A DNA stretch of 64,000 bases. Source: Fidelibacterota bacterium (GTDB lineage Bacteria > Fidelibacterota > UBA8477 > JABMPR01). Positions 10,162 to 19,316 of this stretch are shown here, one piece after another (the stretch's first letter is position 1; each line of letters starts with the position of its first letter). The notes under the pieces were generated by a model, which worked only from the letters and a program-made list of their open reading frames with translations, did not search any database and had not been told where the DNA came from. The DNA lies in assembly GCA_016844945.1 (NCBI GenBank), contig JAERTJ010000086.1, forward strand, positions 36,180-100,179, written 5' to 3'. The position numbers and the translations under genes are program-made.

Positions 10162-10922
10162 TTAAAAAAATTCTGAATCGCACAAATCAAACTTACCTGA
10201 CTGGGATTCTGCCCGTATTGCTCCAGAGCTACAGGATGGAAATTTGAAGAGTTCAATTCACTCCTGATGGCTCTTGTTTTAAAACCTTGAGAATTCACAG
10301 ATAGACCTGTCTTTGTCTCAATAGTTTTGTGGGCGCTGTATGTTTCTTTTCTCGTTCTCATATATACATCCTTATATAAGTCAAAGGTTATGCCACCACT
10401 TTTTAGGCAGGTTATAATATTGTTTTTATTTGTTTTATATTGTGTTTTATTTGATCACTATATGACATAGTAAATTGTTTTGTCATAATTTTTTGACAAC
10501 TCAATCTCGAATAAGAATATTTTTGTTACAACAGGGGGAATTTCCGAAAATCTGCTAAATTTTTGATTGGCGAAATATCTACCACGGAATCCGTGAATTT
10601 AATGACAATATCTCACAACCTACCTTCATTCTGATCTCAAATATATTCAGTAATGTTGGATAATATGAGTGCTTCTAGAGCTCTGTTTTTGCATCTAATC
10701 CTGGACACTGATGGTAACCAGGTATTGAGCTGATATTTGTTATGATGTGATGTTTCTTGTCTCCCGATTGTATGAATTCGCCTATGTAATGATCAGGAAT
10801 AATTTGTCATACTCGCTGTGAAAGTGACAAAGCCCGGGATCATTCGAATCGTTGAAGTGATGTATGTTTTTTACGTGACTCTAGTAATACTTGCTATTAT
10901 GACATATCAAATGCAACGAAAG

Positions 10923-10936
10923 TGACAATATTGTCA
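10923..10936. promoter_or_regulatory. Perfect 14-bp palindrome TGACAATATTGTCA within a cluster of TGACA/TGTCA half-sites.
   Basis: Read directly. Further half-sites lie at 10462-10467, 10481-10486, 10494-10499, 10804-10810, 10824-10830, 10899-10905 and 10946-10963. Confidence 0.3.
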
Positions 10937-11505
10937 ATCTGTTATTGTGATTTTTTTTGTCACTTATGCGTGAACTCAGAGCCTTAGATCAATCCAGAAT
11001 TATCAATATTAAGGACGACTTATTATTCCATCTTCCTGATTCATCTCTAATCTGTAGTTAAATACCAGGACCTACTGACAAACCCTTATAATGCAACGAT
11101 TTTCTACACTTTATCTTCGAATGTTTCAGTTTCACTCCCTCATTTTACTTTGCATAATCCAGGCAAATATGAAGCAACAATAAAATCTAACAATAGCTAC
11201 TGACATACCTGAAAAACTGTAATAATTTTGATATATTAGAAGAATATTTAGAAAATATGATAATATTCAATAAAATACATGTATATTGCCTACAGCAATA
11301 CATGCTATTACACATATTACATTTTATGTAATATCGCGAAGTAACATAGCTAGTTCGAATTTCAAAATAGAGGCTAAAATCCAATGAATTTCGACCGATA
11401 CTTTCAGTAGTGTGCGATTGTGGGTTTGATAAATTGATTTGTCCATTGGAATAGTCTATTTATCTTGTCCAATTGAAACAAATCAACACGATGTGAGGGC
11501 ATGAA

Positions 11506-11964
11506 ATGGATTCAATGATTCTAATTATCAGCGTGAGTGCAATACTTGTCTTAGGACTTGCAGCTATTCTACTGTCAACAGGTGGAAAAAAGAAAAAGCG
11601 TAAGGTTAAGCGTAAGGGAACAGTTAATAAAAACGCTGTTGAAATAGATCCAGAAACCCTCTGCACGAAAATTTTTAAACTTGCCCCATCAGAATCAAAA
11701 AAAGCCAAGCAAAACTACATCGGTCGCACAGTGGAAGTTCGCACCATTCTTGGAAGCAGCAATCGCTCCAAAAAGGGTAGCAATTTTAGAGAGGTTGTCC
11801 TTGATTATCAGGACAATCGAAAGTTTCATATTATTGGTGATATCAATATGAAAGATTATAAAGATCAATCGTGGATGACCCGCGAAGGAAAGTTAAAGGT
11901 TGTGGGCGTGGTAAAAGAGATCACCAAAATGGAAATTCACCTGGACAAGCTTAAAATCATATAA
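11506..11964 (+). CDS. Hypothetical membrane-anchored protein: an N-terminal TM helix, a Lys-rich linker and a ~100-aa soluble domain.
   Basis: The ATG is preceded by GAGGG. The N-terminus reads MDSMILIISVSAILVLGLAAILLS followed by GGKKKKRKVKRKG. I recognised no family. Confidence 0.6.
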   Translation: MDSMILIISVSAILVLGLAAILLSTGGKKKKRKVKRKGTVNKNAVEIDPETLCTKIFKLAPSESKKAKQNYIGRTVEVRTILGSSNRSKKGSNFREVVLDYQDNRKFHIIGDINMKDYKDQSWMTREGKLKVVGVVKEITKMEIHLDKLKII

Positions 11965-12184
11965 CCATCCAGCCTATATCCCCTTACTATAAGCATATCA
12001 TTATGATATTCTTTTATATCGTTTCTTTTTACTAAAAACATTACCCCCCTTAGATAGATATCACCCTAACCTCCTCTATTACAATACTATAGACTACACC
12101 TACCTCAGTTGGCACGGCAATTGTGATAGGTATCGGCATCACTGTTTTTTGAGCATGATGTAGTGACGAGATCTTAGGAACTAG

Positions 12185-12301
12185 ATGAAGATTAAAGTAT
12201 CCTCATTCATCTGGGATCGCATGAAGGATTACATGCACGGTTTCTCATTCACACCACTTCTTGCCTACAATAAACTAGTCAGCTTTTATCGCATCGGATA
12301 A
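12185..12301 (+). CDS. Candidate 38-aa small ORF (MKIKVSSFIWDRMKDYMHGFSFTPLLAYNKLVSFYRIG). It could instead be part of an sRNA.
   Basis: AGGAA lies 5 nt upstream of the ATG. The ORF ends 13 nt before a very strong intrinsic terminator. It is below the ORF-track length cut-off. Confidence 0.25.
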   Translation: MKIKVSSFIWDRMKDYMHGFSFTPLLAYNKLVSFYRIG

Positions 12302-12314
12302 CTCCACTGACTGT

Positions 12315-12351
12315 CCCCCTGTAAAACCCATTTACAGGGGGTTTTCTTTTT
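12315..12351 (+). terminator. Rho-independent terminator.
   Basis: An 11-bp stem CCCCCTGTAAA/TTTACAGGGGG with a 5-nt loop, followed by TTTTCTTTTT. Confidence 0.8.
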
Positions 12352-12441
12352 ATAGTACAGAAGAAAAAAGTTCAACCTGCTTGAACATCATATATATTGC
12401 CCTCGATTATTATAAACCTTCACTCCATAAGGATCATCAAC

Positions 12442-14019
12442 ATGACTCATTCAACCCCCTGGAAAAATTATGCAGATCGACTTTACTGCAACCAGGAGCT
12501 TAATTTCTACCTGGATTTATCACACTCAAATATCGATGGACAACGGCTTGAATCATTGGACTCACAGATTCAAAAAGCACTATCTGAAATGTCATCTCTT
12601 GAAAATGGAGCGATCTCAAACCCTGATGAAAATCGACAGGTCGGTCATTATTGGTTAAGAAATCCTGCTCTCTCTCCCTCCCCGGCTATTAGAGATTCAA
12701 TTAACAATACCCTGCATAAGATCACAACTTTTACCCAATCTGTCCTGAATGGTGAGTTGACCAATACAGCGGGTGAGAAATTCACAGACTTATTACTTGT
12801 TGGAATTGGTGGATCCGCTCTCGGCCCTCAGTTTATCGCTGAAGCCCTGGGGTCGAGTACAGGACTTTCCATTAGGTTTTTAGATAATACAGATCCTGAT
12901 GGTGTGGATTATGTCATGGATACGCTGTCTACCCAACTGCCACAGACACTGGTACTGGTTATCTCTAAATCTGGTGGCACAGCAGAAACACGGAATGGAA
13001 TGTTGGAAGTCCAAAACATTTTCTCAAAAAGAAATCTGGATTTCGCCAAACAAGCAGTCGCAATCACAGGTGAGGGAAGTCAGTTATTCAACCTGGCAAC
13101 ACGGGAAGGTTGGCTTTCGATTTTTCCCATGTGGGACTGGGTAGGTGGCAGAACTTCAGTCATGTCTGCCGTTGGGATCTTACCTGCAGCTCTCATGGGA
13201 ATTAAGGTCGACGAGCTATTGGCGGGTGCTGCAAAAATGGACGAGATCACACGCTCATCCAGTGTTAAAGAAAATCCAGCCGCTCTTCTCGCTTTGAGTT
13301 GGTACATTATTGGAGAAGGGCAAGGTCAAAAAGATATGGTAATCCTTCCTTACAAGGATCGCCTAATTTTATTCAGCCGATATCTACAGCAGCTAATCAT
13401 GGAATCTCTGGGAAAAAGACTCGATCTTGAAGGGCACATCGTTCATCAGGGCATTGCAGTTTATGGCAACAAAGGTTCAACTGATCAGCATGCTTATGTG
13501 CAACAATTGCGAGATGGACTGAACAACTTTTTCGTGACCTTTATTGAAGTTCTTGCTGACCGCAATGGTGATTCAATCAAAGTGGATGATGCAAACACGA
13601 GTGGTGACTATCTGTTTGGATTTCTCAAAGGAACTGAGACCGCATTGTACGGTAGTGAGCGCCAATCTCTGACCATCACTATACCGGATTTGTCCCCTAG
13701 GAGCATTGGTGCTCTCATCGCACTTTATGAAAGGGCTGTAGGTCTTTATGCTTCACTGGTCAACATTAATGCCTACCACCAGCCCGGTGTGGAAGCAGGT
13801 AAAAAAGCAGCCGGGGATGTTCTAGAGCTAAAAAATCAAATTCTGACACTCCTGAATGAGTCAGATATGTTTATGAGTGTTCAGGATATTGGAGAAGCCC
13901 TGAATATTCAAGATAGTGGTATCATGATTTATCAGATCCTCAGGCATCATGCAGCCAACCACCCTATGCAAGTCAAGGGGTCATTCACAGACCCGACATC
14001 TCTAACCGTAAAACTATAG
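12442..14019 (+). CDS. pgi: Glucose-6-phosphate isomerase.
   Basis: Motifs HYWLRNP, VGIGGSALGP, ISKSGGTAET and GGRTSVMSAVGILPAAL. The ATG at 12442 has AAGGA upstream. The track ORF begins at an upstream TTG. Confidence 0.9.
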   Translation: MTHSTPWKNYADRLYCNQELNFYLDLSHSNIDGQRLESLDSQIQKALSEMSSLENGAISNPDENRQVGHYWLRNPALSPSPAIRDSINNTLHKITTFTQSVLNGELTNTAGEKFTDLLLVGIGGSALGPQFIAEALGSSTGLSIRFLDNTDPDGVDYVMDTLSTQLPQTLVLVISKSGGTAETRNGMLEVQNIFSKRNLDFAKQAVAITGEGSQLFNLATREGWLSIFPMWDWVGGRTSVMSAVGILPAALMGIKVDELLAGAAKMDEITRSSSVKENPAALLALSWYIIGEGQGQKDMVILPYKDRLILFSRYLQQLIMESLGKRLDLEGHIVHQGIAVYGNKGSTDQHAYVQQLRDGLNNFFVTFIEVLADRNGDSIKVDDANTSGDYLFGFLKGTETALYGSERQSLTITIPDLSPRSIGALIALYERAVGLYASLVNINAYHQPGVEAGKKAAGDVLELKNQILTLLNESDMFMSVQDIGEALNIQDSGIMIYQILRHHAANHPMQVKGSFTDPTSLTVKL

Positions 14020-14044
14020 TTCCATCCACTGACAAGTATGCAAT

Positions 14045-14083
14045 AACCTTGCGAAGGTTTTAAACCTTCGCAAGGTTAGTTTT
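14045..14083 (+). terminator. Rho-independent terminator after pgi.
   Basis: A 15-bp perfect stem AACCTTGCGAAGGTT/AACCTTCGCAAGGTT with a 3-nt loop and a T-rich tail. Confidence 0.8.
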
Positions 14084-14092
14084 AACTCTGGG

Positions 14093-14126
14093 TAAAAAGA
14101 AGGCAGCCTCTGGGAGAAGCTGCCTT
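14093..14126 (-). terminator. Terminator for the convergent minus-strand gene 14219-14779.
   Basis: Stem AAGGCAGC/GCTGCCTT, followed on the minus strand by CTTTTTACC. Confidence 0.6.
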
Positions 14127-14218
14127 GGGGGTCGGTGTTATACAACACCAGGATGAACATTCCCAATGAAGTTCTGTTTAGGGAAACTCTCGCAGGTTAA
14201 AGAACTCCAGATCCTTGC

Positions 14219-14779
14219 TTATAATTGGGGTAAAGCCTGACTGTATACAGGTCCATCTGAATAAAAAGAGTAGGCATCCATGCCTTGACTCTGATAGCTC
14301 TTGCCATCAAAGTAAATCAAACTTTTGGGGAAACTTGGGTTGTCCAGAATCAACGCCTCTGCACTAGCGGAGATCCGACTCTGTTGTAAGGTAAATGAAT
14401 CAATACGCCATTTATTCAACCAGCTGAAGTCATCGCCCAGATCACCAAATTTTGATCCTGCGCCGATAACGTAGTAGTTAAGGTCATTGTTGTGCAGGAA
14501 GACGATGCCTCTTTTACGTGATGTTTTACTGATAACCTGGATGGCTATATCGATAGCACCATCACCGTTAAAATCACCACGCTGGAAAAAAGGACTCATA
14601 TCAAAATAGACTTCATAGTTATCAAAAAAACCACTTCCAACTAGTGATGTATAGACACCTTTGGGGAGGTCATCGTAGCGAGCTTCGTTTAAAGACTCAC
14701 CAGCGAAAGCTGATAGACTAAGAATCATAGTTATCAGGATAATCAGGGCTATTTTGTTCATTCCGGTTTTCATTTTCAA
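14219..14779 (-). CDS. Secreted hypothetical protein with an FG-GAP/VCBS-like Ca-binding motif.
   Basis: Signal peptide MNKIALIILITMILSLSAFAGE and the motif GDFNGDGAIDIAI. Confidence 0.6.
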   Translation of the reverse strand: MKMKTGMNKIALIILITMILSLSAFAGESLNEARYDDLPKGVYTSLVGSGFFDNYEVYFDMSPFFQRGDFNGDGAIDIAIQVISKTSRKRGIVFLHNNDLNYYVIGAGSKFGDLGDDFSWLNKWRIDSFTLQQSRISASAEALILDNPSFPKSLIYFDGKSYQSQGMDAYSFYSDGPVYSQALPQL

Positions 14780-14925
14780 CCTCCACAGGTTTGTTTGTTC
14801 ATCCTGGTCTAAAGTACAATTCTGAGAGATGCTTTCTATTAGGGGCTTCCCTATTGTCCTATAGGATTTCCCTGATCCCGTTTGTCAAAGATTTGTTTTG
14901 CTGGCTGAAATCATTATTATTAGGT

Positions 14926-15375
14926 ATGTCCGGATGGCTCATTATTTCATCAAAACAAAACCTGGAGATCACTGCCAGGTTGGGTTACGCCTCCCAGGGG
15001 TTAAAACAAAGACACCGTAAAAGGTCACAAGAAATTGAACCAGGTGACTTCTTTTTCTGCTATATCACTGGTGAGCAAAAACTGGCTGCGGTTCTGGAAA
15101 TCCACTCATTTGTCTCAGAGGCGCAAGACAAGGTCTGGGTAAACCTGGGCAAGAATCCAGATGAATGCTACCCCTGGCGGTTTGAGACTTCAGCCCATAT
15201 CGTTCTAGATGAACCTAGATGGATGCCCATGCAGAATTTCGCCGATAAACTTCTCCATTTCAGAAAATGGCCAGCGAAAAACTGGCGTCTGGGTCTACAG
15301 GGTCAAATTCATGCCTTAAGAGATGAAGATGTAACTACATTGCTGGAAGCCTTCTCTAAGGCGAAACAATCTTAA
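14926..15375 (+). CDS. PUA-like / EVE-domain-like protein (~149 aa).
   Basis: I chose the internal ATG at 14926 (MSGWLIISSKQN...). The pattern W..IS...N....G...IEPGDFFFCY...KLAAVLEI is reminiscent of EVE/PUA-like folds. The upstream 45 codons of the track ORF look non-coding. Confidence 0.45.
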   Translation: MSGWLIISSKQNLEITARLGYASQGLKQRHRKRSQEIEPGDFFFCYITGEQKLAAVLEIHSFVSEAQDKVWVNLGKNPDECYPWRFETSAHIVLDEPRWMPMQNFADKLLHFRKWPAKNWRLGLQGQIHALRDEDVTTLLEAFSKAKQS

Positions 15376-15539
15376 TCCAGATCAACAGCTAATCCCTGGT
15401 TCGGTGTAATATTTGCTTCATTGAAAACCATCATTGATGAATAGAAATTCTTCTCACCCCAGATGGGTGAGCATGAATTTGCTATATGAACATACACGGG
15501 TCAGGCTAGATTAGTTTTAAAAACAATAAGGATATTCCT

Positions 15540-16025
15540 ATGACCTTTGATTTGACCTCAAAAAAACATACCCTAAGATTACTTCATCATAATGTGGCTA
15601 TTGTATCATCAGGTAAGGGTACTGAAGCGACTGGAGCAACAGTCACGTGGTTCAACCAGAGTAGTTTTGAACCGCCCCTTCTCACACTAGCCATCAAGGC
15701 CGACAGTGGGCTTTATTCAGCTATCCAGGAAAATAGAAATCTCATAGTTAGCCTGGTAAAATCAGGTGATAAAGCCCTGGCAGGTGCGTTTTTTAAACCC
15801 GGTAGCTGGGACGGTGCATTGTTTGGAGGATTCAAAGCCAAAGCCCATGAACTTGGCGGAGCGATTATTGAATCCAGCCCGGCATGGATGGCATGCGAAG
15901 TAAGATCTATTGTCGAAGAGGGTGATCATCATCTGGTCATCGCCCAGGTCGTCGATACAGGTATTAACAATGAAGATGAAAACGCCATGTGTCTCTCTGA
16001 GACAGGATGGCATTACGGAGGATAA
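15540..16025 (+). CDS. Flavin reductase-like (FMN-binding split-barrel) protein.
   Basis: VAIVSSGKGTEATGATVTWFNQSSFEPPLL and GDHHLVIAQVVD are typical of the HpaC/flavin reductase family. Confidence 0.75.
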   Translation: MTFDLTSKKHTLRLLHHNVAIVSSGKGTEATGATVTWFNQSSFEPPLLTLAIKADSGLYSAIQENRNLIVSLVKSGDKALAGAFFKPGSWDGALFGGFKAKAHELGGAIIESSPAWMACEVRSIVEEGDHHLVIAQVVDTGINNEDENAMCLSETGWHYGG

Positions 16026-16030
16026 TTCTG

Positions 16031-18043
16031 ATGCTAACTGGTTGGGAAAAAGCGGTATTTATTCTGGTTCTCTTGGGCTCGCTGGGAGCCACCCGCACTA
16101 CTTTCGGACGCATGTTTGCGATTATTGGACGCGGAGTAATACCTATTGACTGGTCACTGATGTTCAAAAATATACCAACCGGGATTATGGCATTCCTGGG
16201 CAAACCCTTGTTCAAAACCCGTCCTGTGGTAACCATTATCCATACAGGTGTTGCCTGGGGATTTATCCTCTATATGTTGGTCAATTTCTTTGACATCCTC
16301 TATGGCCTTATACCTGAATTCCATTTGCTCCAAGGCTCCCTGGCTGGAAATCTGTACCGACTCTTTGTGGACATCTTTAGCGTGGTTGTTCTGGTTGGGG
16401 TCATTTATTTTCTGTTCAGACGATTTATCTCAAAGGATCCAGCCCTTACCATCAATGAAACTGTTCTGGTCAATGCAAAAGCCCGAAAAGGTGTCTTCCG
16501 TGATTCCGCTCTGGTAGCCTTTTTCATCTTTTTCCATGTTGGATTTCGCCTCCTCGGTGCTTCCTTTGAATTGGCACAATCACACAGCGACCTCTACCAG
16601 CCCGCCGCCTCAGCCCTCGCAATTTTATGGAGCAACCTGACTCAGCAGCAGTTGATCCTGGGTGAGCACAGTTCCTGGTGGCTGGCCATTGGATTAATCC
16701 TCGCATTCATCCCCTATTTTCCAACAACCAAACACGCCCACCTGTTTATGGGACCCCTGAATCACATGATCAATGGTCGCGATACAACAGCGGCTACCTT
16801 TGAAACCATTGATTTTGAAGATGAGTCATTGGAGCAATATGGTGCTGCCCTTCTGGAGCATCTACCACAGAAAAATATTCTGGACGCCTATGCCTGCATC
16901 ATGTGTAATCGCTGCCAGGATGCCTGTCCGGCCTACATCACTGGCAAACCGCTTTCACCAGCTGCTGTTGAAGTTAACAAACGTTATTATATCCGTGAGC
17001 ATATCTCCGAGCTGGCCAGTGGTGCCGAGAGCGGTGATCGAATGTCAGATTGGATGCTTACCGAGGATGCCATCTGGGCGTGTACCAGTTGCGGGTATTG
17101 CGTGGAAGTTTGTCCTGTCGCCAATGAACCCATGGTAGACATCCTTCGCGCACGCCAGGATCTGGTCATGATGGAAAGTCGTTTCCCTAAAGAAGCAGTC
17201 ACCACCTTTAAAAACCTTGAAGTGAATGGTAACCCCTGGGGGCAGTCACCACAGGATCGTGAGAAGTGGATCGGTGACCTTGATGTTCCACGTATGCGCG
17301 ACAAAGGACAGGCTGAGTACCTTTATTGGGTGGGGTGTGCCGGTGCATATGATGCCAGGGGTCAGGAAGTGTCTCAGGCGATGATTAAGCTCATGAATCA
17401 GGCAGGTGTAGACTATGCCGTCCTGGGAACTGAAGAGACCTGCACAGGCGATTCTGCGCGTCGGTTGGGCAATGAATATTTGTTTCAAATGATGGCCCAG
17501 CAGAATATCGATACATTTGAGAATTATAAGGTTAGCAAAATCATCACACAGTGCCCGCATTGCTTGAATGCTTTAAAAAATGATTATAAATCTCTGGGGA
17601 AAGAATACGAAGTCATACACCATGCCGAGTTTCTGGAAGATCTGGTAAAAACTGGCAAGCTCAGTCCCTCAAAAGCGAGCAATTCCAAAATCGCATATCA
17701 TGACTCATGCTATCTGGGACGACACAATGACATTTACGATGCACCACGAAATGTTATCTCAGCAATTCCGGGAATCAGGCTTGAAGAATTTCCCCGCTCT
17801 GGAAATGAAGGCATGTGTTGTGGTGCCGGTGGTGGTCGTATGTGGCTTGAAGAGACCCTGGGTGAAAAGACAATCAACATCGAGCGTATGGAAGATGTGA
17901 AAGCGGTTAAACCTGACGAAGTTGCCACGGCTTGTCCATTCTGTGCCACCATGGTCAATGATGGTATCAAGGCGGAAGAGCTGGATATCTCAACTGCCAG
18001 CAAGGATGTCGCCCAATATCTCTTGGATTCAATTGTAGATTAG
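16031..18043 (+). CDS. Membrane-anchored Fe-S oxidoreductase. An N-terminal polytopic NarI/DsrM-like domain is fused to an HdrD/DsrK/GlpC-like module (2x[4Fe-4S] plus two CCG domains).
   Basis: The ATG at 16031 sits 5 nt after the flavin reductase stop, with GGAGGA upstream. Cluster motifs are CIMCNRCQDACP and CTSCGYCVEVCP. CCG motifs are CPHC... and YHDSCYLGRH...GMCCGAGGG. The hydrophobic N-terminus carries His-bearing helices. Confidence 0.8.
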   Translation: MLTGWEKAVFILVLLGSLGATRTTFGRMFAIIGRGVIPIDWSLMFKNIPTGIMAFLGKPLFKTRPVVTIIHTGVAWGFILYMLVNFFDILYGLIPEFHLLQGSLAGNLYRLFVDIFSVVVLVGVIYFLFRRFISKDPALTINETVLVNAKARKGVFRDSALVAFFIFFHVGFRLLGASFELAQSHSDLYQPAASALAILWSNLTQQQLILGEHSSWWLAIGLILAFIPYFPTTKHAHLFMGPLNHMINGRDTTAATFETIDFEDESLEQYGAALLEHLPQKNILDAYACIMCNRCQDACPAYITGKPLSPAAVEVNKRYYIREHISELASGAESGDRMSDWMLTEDAIWACTSCGYCVEVCPVANEPMVDILRARQDLVMMESRFPKEAVTTFKNLEVNGNPWGQSPQDREKWIGDLDVPRMRDKGQAEYLYWVGCAGAYDARGQEVSQAMIKLMNQAGVDYAVLGTEETCTGDSARRLGNEYLFQMMAQQNIDTFENYKVSKIITQCPHCLNALKNDYKSLGKEYEVIHHAEFLEDLVKTGKLSPSKASNSKIAYHDSCYLGRHNDIYDAPRNVISAIPGIRLEEFPRSGNEGMCCGAGGGRMWLEETLGEKTINIERMEDVKAVKPDEVATACPFCATMVNDGIKAEELDISTASKDVAQYLLDSIVD

Positions 18044-18063
18044 TAAGAACCACCTTCATTATA

Positions 18064-18104
18064 AAAGAGGTGTTCTCCCTGTGAAGAGCACCTCTTTTTT
18101 GTTT
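18064..18104 (+). terminator. Rho-independent terminator.
   Basis: A ~13-bp stem AAAGAGGTGTTCT/AGAGCACCTCTTT followed by TTTGTTT. Confidence 0.8.
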
Positions 18105-18151
18105 ACCCGAAAAAGCATTTTTATATCATGAATACAGGTGTACACTGAATC

Positions 18152-19195
18152 ATGAATTTCGAAATGAACGATCAACAATGGGAAGACTGGAAATGGCAAC
18201 ACGCAACACGCTGTCAGGATTTGTCCACGCTACGAGCATGGATGGACGCTAGCAAAGCCTCCCTTGACCTTGATCAGAACCAGTTTGAAGCAATAACATC
18301 AAATTACCGAATGGGAATTACCCCATACTATTTCAGTCTGATCAAAAAATTTGACCCTACAGATCCAATCTTCCGCCAGATCGTTCCAGCAAGCGATGAG
18401 CTGACAATTACTCCAGATGAACGAGTAGATCCCATCAGTGACGAGAATCCTGCAAGGGGGTCCCGGCCGTTGAAGGCTTTGATCCATCGTTATACAAATC
18501 GTGTGCTCCTGATTCCAACGGCCCAGTGCGCTGTGTACTGTCGATTCTGCTTCAGGAAACGTTTGGTGGGCGACACAACGCACAACGCCCGTGAGGAAGA
18601 TTTGAACCAGGCTTATGATTACATCGGGCAACATGATGAAATTGAGGAAGTTATCCTCACAGGCGGCGACCCCCTGACGTTGGGTGATGATGCGATTGCG
18701 TCTATTCTCATCCGACTTGAATCAATCAAACACATCAGGCTTATTCGAATCCATACCCGCTTACCTGTGGTCAATCCATTTCGACTTACCCCTGAATTAG
18801 CACAGATTGTAAGGAACTGTTCTAAGCCTATCTGGATATCTGCCCACTTCAATCATCCAAATGAGATCACAGCTACATCAAAAAACAGAATTGGAGGCTG
18901 GATAAACCAGGGGATTCCCTTTGTGAATCAGTCCGTTTTATTAAGAGATGTCAACGATTCTGCCACCACATTAAAAGCCCTCTTTATGTCATTATTGGAA
19001 ATCAAAATAAAACCCTATTATCTCCACCAGGCTGATTTGGTTCAGGGTACAGGTCACCTACGGGTACCCATTGATCGTGGGCTTCAGCTTCTGCGTGAGC
19101 TTCAGGGTGAGCTACCCGGGTATGCCATCCCCCATTATGTGTATGATCAACCCGATGGTTCTGGGAAGATTCCCATCCAGAATAAATATCTATAA
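18152..19195 (+). CDS. KamA-family radical SAM protein (lysine 2,3-aminomutase / EpmB-like size class).
   Basis: The CAVYCRFCFRK (CxxxCxxC) cluster motif, VILTGGDPL, and a length of 347 aa. Confidence 0.85.
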   Translation: MNFEMNDQQWEDWKWQHATRCQDLSTLRAWMDASKASLDLDQNQFEAITSNYRMGITPYYFSLIKKFDPTDPIFRQIVPASDELTITPDERVDPISDENPARGSRPLKALIHRYTNRVLLIPTAQCAVYCRFCFRKRLVGDTTHNAREEDLNQAYDYIGQHDEIEEVILTGGDPLTLGDDAIASILIRLESIKHIRLIRIHTRLPVVNPFRLTPELAQIVRNCSKPIWISAHFNHPNEITATSKNRIGGWINQGIPFVNQSVLLRDVNDSATTLKALFMSLLEIKIKPYYLHQADLVQGTGHLRVPIDRGLQLLRELQGELPGYAIPHYVYDQPDGSGKIPIQNKYL

Positions 19196-19316
19196 TTCAT
19201 CTTTTCAGTTCAGGGTGCAATTGTGTTACATTTGCATAACGTATCCCCCATCACACAGGCTTTTGATTCAGATGGGGTTTTTATAACTTGGTGGAAATTT
19301 TTTGGAGGAATCAGAA

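Noticed and set aside
10050-10361. N-terminal 104-codon extension of the 268-aa track ORF.
   Set aside because: The signal peptide would be internal. A GGAGG RBS precedes Met105. The extension contains the CRP-like palindrome and looks like a 5' leader.
11187-11708. Minus-strand ORFs of 65 aa and 82 aa in or next to the AT-rich region.
   Set aside because: Their composition is a low-complexity AT-driven mix (runs of Y/I/N/F/C) and they have no RBS. The 82-aa ORF is antisense to the better-supported 11506-11964 gene.
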